Source: Alphaproteobacteria bacterium (GTDB taxonomy: Bacteria > Pseudomonadota > Alphaproteobacteria > MPNO01 > UBA830). From it: 64,000 nt of DNA. The notes below the pieces were generated by a model. That model searched no databases and was not told where the DNA came from. It was given only the letters and a program-made list of their open reading frames with translations. Of this stretch, positions 61,897 to 64,000 are shown piece after piece. The stretch spans positions 2,689,812-2,753,811 of the forward strand of contig OZ251539.1 in assembly GCA_965243135.1 (NCBI GenBank), given 5' to 3'. The translations under genes and the position numbers were made by a program. Within the stretch, counting starts at the first letter, position 1, and each line of letters begins with the position of its first letter.

Positions 61897-62480
61897 AACA
61901 GCCGCTCGCTCAAGAACAAACTCCCGCGCCGGAGCACGGGCGGGCAGCCGGAGCGCCGCGCGGCGGCTTTCGCCGCACGCGCTCGAAGACACGAAGTTCG
62001 CGCTTGCGCACGGCGACCGCGCTGATCGGCGCGAACGGCGCGAGCAAGACGACGACGCCGCTCGCGGGAATCTACCGGCCGGCTCCGGGGCACACGGACC
62101 GCCGGGGAAGGGCGGCCGCGCCGTTTACCGCTCGGCCCTTACGGGAAACGTCACGGCGTGCGGAATCTTCCTCGGGACCATGCCTCCGGAAATCCGCGAA
62201 CGAACTGCCGAGGAGTTCATCGAGCCCGGCGACTGCGAGGCCGGCGCACCGGTCCGCGACCGGCGTTCGCGGCGCGTGCCTGCGCCCGAGATTCCGCCGA
62301 TGGACGAGCGGGGTCGGCGACGCGGCCTTCGTCAAGAAGGCGGAGCGGCGGCTGGAGGAGGGGCGGGCGGGGCTCCTCGCGCCGGCTTCGCGCAACGCCG
62401 CCTCGCTTGAGCGGACCCGCGCAACGGGTATACTCTTGGCGGGCGGACGGGCGCGGGCGTTCGGACCTGAGGCGCCGCGG
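61897..62480 (+). pseudogene. Degraded partial duplicate of the wzt ABC ATPase gene
   Basis: 61897-61960 approximately matches 59591-59650, and 62160-62480 approximately matches 59900-60240, with substitutions and indels (GANSRSLKNKLPRRSTGG vs GADSRSLKNNLLRRSTGG; ...ASLERTRATGILLAGGRARAFGP vs ...ALLERVCTRGILLEAGRVQAFGP). Confidence 0.6.
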
Positions 62481-62686
62481 GACATCGGGGTTGCTTCAGT
62501 CCCAAAGTTCCGGCATTTCTTCGAAGCCGTTCGTTTGCGTCTATGTCGAGACAGTCCATGCCTTTTGGAGAATCCAGGAAAGCGGCCGCCGCGTGCGCGG
62601 GCCTGCGCAAGGGCGGTCCGCGCGCCAAAGGGCCAATCTTCCCGTCAAGGGCAGGAAACTCACCGTCCTGCGGACGAGCCTGAAAG

Positions 62687-63706
62687 ATGAAGGTTTTGGT
62701 GACCGGCGCCGGCGGATACATCGGCACCACCCTTGTTCCCCGCTTGATCGCGGCAGACCACGACGTCAAGGCCGTGGACAGGTTCTTCTTCGGGCGGCAT
62801 CTCCTGCCGGAGGCGGAACGGCTTGAAATCCTGGCCGAAGACAACCGCAAGCTGACCCGCGAGCATTTCGAGGGCGTCGACGCGGTGATCGACCTCGCCG
62901 CCATCTCCAACGACCCGTCGGGCGAGTTGTTTCAGGAGGCGACCTGGGAGATCAACCGGGATTCGCGGGTGCGAAACGCCCGCATGGCCAAGGAAGCGGG
63001 CGCGCGCCGATACATTTTGCCGTCGTCGTGCAGCATCTACGGTTTTCAGGAAGAGGGCGTCGTCGCCGACGAAACCAGCGGCACGAATCCGCTTACCGTA
63101 TACGCCCGCGCCAACGAAATGGCGGAAAAGGGCGTGTTGCCGCTTGCCGACGAAGACTTTTGCGTGGTCGTGCTGCGTCAAGCGACGGTCTACGGCCTTT
63201 CGCCGCGCATGCGGTTCGACCTCGCCATCAACGGCATGACCTTCGGCGCCTGGAAGACGGGCCGGTTGCCGCTCATGCGCGACGGCGCGCAATGGCGGCC
63301 CATGGTCCACGTGCGCGATACGGCTCGCGCGCAGACGTTCATGCTCGAAGCCGACCCCGAGAAGGTGAACGGCCGGATTTTCAACGTCGGTTCCGCCGCC
63401 AACGTCTACCAGATCGGTCCGCTCGGCGAGCTGGTCGCCCGGCGCGTCCCAAGGAAAGTGGAGATCGAATGGTACGGCGACCCCGACCGGCGAAGCTACA
63501 GGGTCGCGTTCGATCGGATCGAAGCGCTCGGCTGGCGCGCCGAAGCGACCGCCGAGGACGGCGTCGCCGAGATCTGCGAGGCGCTGGAGGCGGGAACCGT
63601 CGACAAGACCGTGCAGACCGTGACTCTCGACTGGTACAAGGAGCTGGCGCGCTGGCATCGAGTCATCCGCGAGGTCGAGATGTACGGAGGCATCGTCGAG
63701 ATATGA
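62687..63706 (+). CDS. NAD-dependent epimerase/dehydratase (nucleotide-sugar epimerase family)
   Basis: MKVLVTGAGGYIGTTL Rossmann motif, SSCSIYG and YARANEMAEK (YxxxK) motifs. Confidence 0.85.
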   Translation: MKVLVTGAGGYIGTTLVPRLIAADHDVKAVDRFFFGRHLLPEAERLEILAEDNRKLTREHFEGVDAVIDLAAISNDPSGELFQEATWEINRDSRVRNARMAKEAGARRYILPSSCSIYGFQEEGVVADETSGTNPLTVYARANEMAEKGVLPLADEDFCVVVLRQATVYGLSPRMRFDLAINGMTFGAWKTGRLPLMRDGAQWRPMVHVRDTARAQTFMLEADPEKVNGRIFNVGSAANVYQIGPLGELVARRVPRKVEIEWYGDPDRRSYRVAFDRIEALGWRAEATAEDGVAEICEALEAGTVDKTVQTVTLDWYKELARWHRVIREVEMYGGIVEI

Positions 63707-64000
63707 AGGCGCTGCTGCTGGGGCCGAACGGGCAGTTCGGGCACGACATCCGGCGCGCTCACATGGAGGCCGGAGAGCCGTTCGAGCTCGCTCCGCTGGC
63801 GCGGGACCGACTCGACGCGTCGTCGCCGCGGGCGGTGGAACGCGCGCTCGGCGAGCTCGAGTTCGACGCTCTCGTCAATTGCACCGGATATCACAAGACG
63901 GACGAGGTCGAGGACAACGCCAACCTGGGCTTCAGCGTCAACGCGCATGCGGTGCATGCGATGGCGCGGGCGTGCGCCGCCGAGCGCGCCGTGTTCGTCC
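63703..64000 (+). CDS. RmlD-like sugar-nucleotide reductase (dTDP-4-dehydrorhamnose reductase family), 3'-truncated by window end
   Basis: ATGA overlap with the upstream gene; MKALLLGPNGQFG...LVNCTGYHKTDEVE is typical of the RmlD substrate-binding domain. Confidence 0.6.
   Translation, partial: MKALLLGPNGQFGHDIRRAHMEAGEPFELAPLARDRLDASSPRAVERALGELEFDALVNCTGYHKTDEVEDNANLGFSVNAHAVHAMARACAAERAVFV

Noticed and set aside
52059-64000. Search for cas genes near the CRISPR array
   Set aside because: No Cas1, Cas2, Cas3 or Cascade-like ORF found on either side within the window; the flanking genes are aroK/aroB, a hypothetical secreted protein and xerD.

Overview
High-GC (about 65-70%) alphaproteobacterial chromosomal segment. 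Most of it is housekeeping and catabolic genes: thrS-infC, dapF-mtaB-ftsY, rpmB, cobS/cobT, bolA, aroK-aroB, xerD, accA, a TRAP dctQMP operon, a tRNA-Arg, a Rieske oxygenase with a glutamine-synthetase-like ligase and an MFS exporter, tandem LLM monooxygenases with hydrolases, a sulfatase, and wzm/wzt polysaccharide-export genes. Three accessory insertions stand out. (1) A lower-GC stretch (about 22.6-31.7 kb) contains a single 1120-1140 aa ORF in which a Schlafen-like domain (AlbA_2 plus HATPase_c_4, COG2865-type) is fused to a prokaryotic Argonaute MID-PIWI module. The MID 5'-phosphate pocket (Y..K...Q...K) is intact and the PIWI RNase H site is degenerate (GLSYT in place of GxDV). I read this as a candidate single-polypeptide, guide-directed abortive-infection/defence system with a putative Schlafen-type RNase effector. 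(2) An orphan CRISPR array of the type I-E period class (11 repeats, 61-nt period, one duplicated AT-rich spacer) is inserted between aroK and xerD, with no cas genes anywhere in the window. (3) An ankyrin-repeat + Rpn-family (PD-(D/E)XK) nuclease gene is followed by two extra out-of-frame tandem copies of its C-terminal DUF4351-like segment, a 110-bp x2 tandem repeat carrying an RBS and a mini-ORF, and an ISKra4-like transposase remnant that duplicated part of wzt. Many long ORFs in the six-frame track are antisense or alternate-frame artefacts of the high GC content and were rejected.
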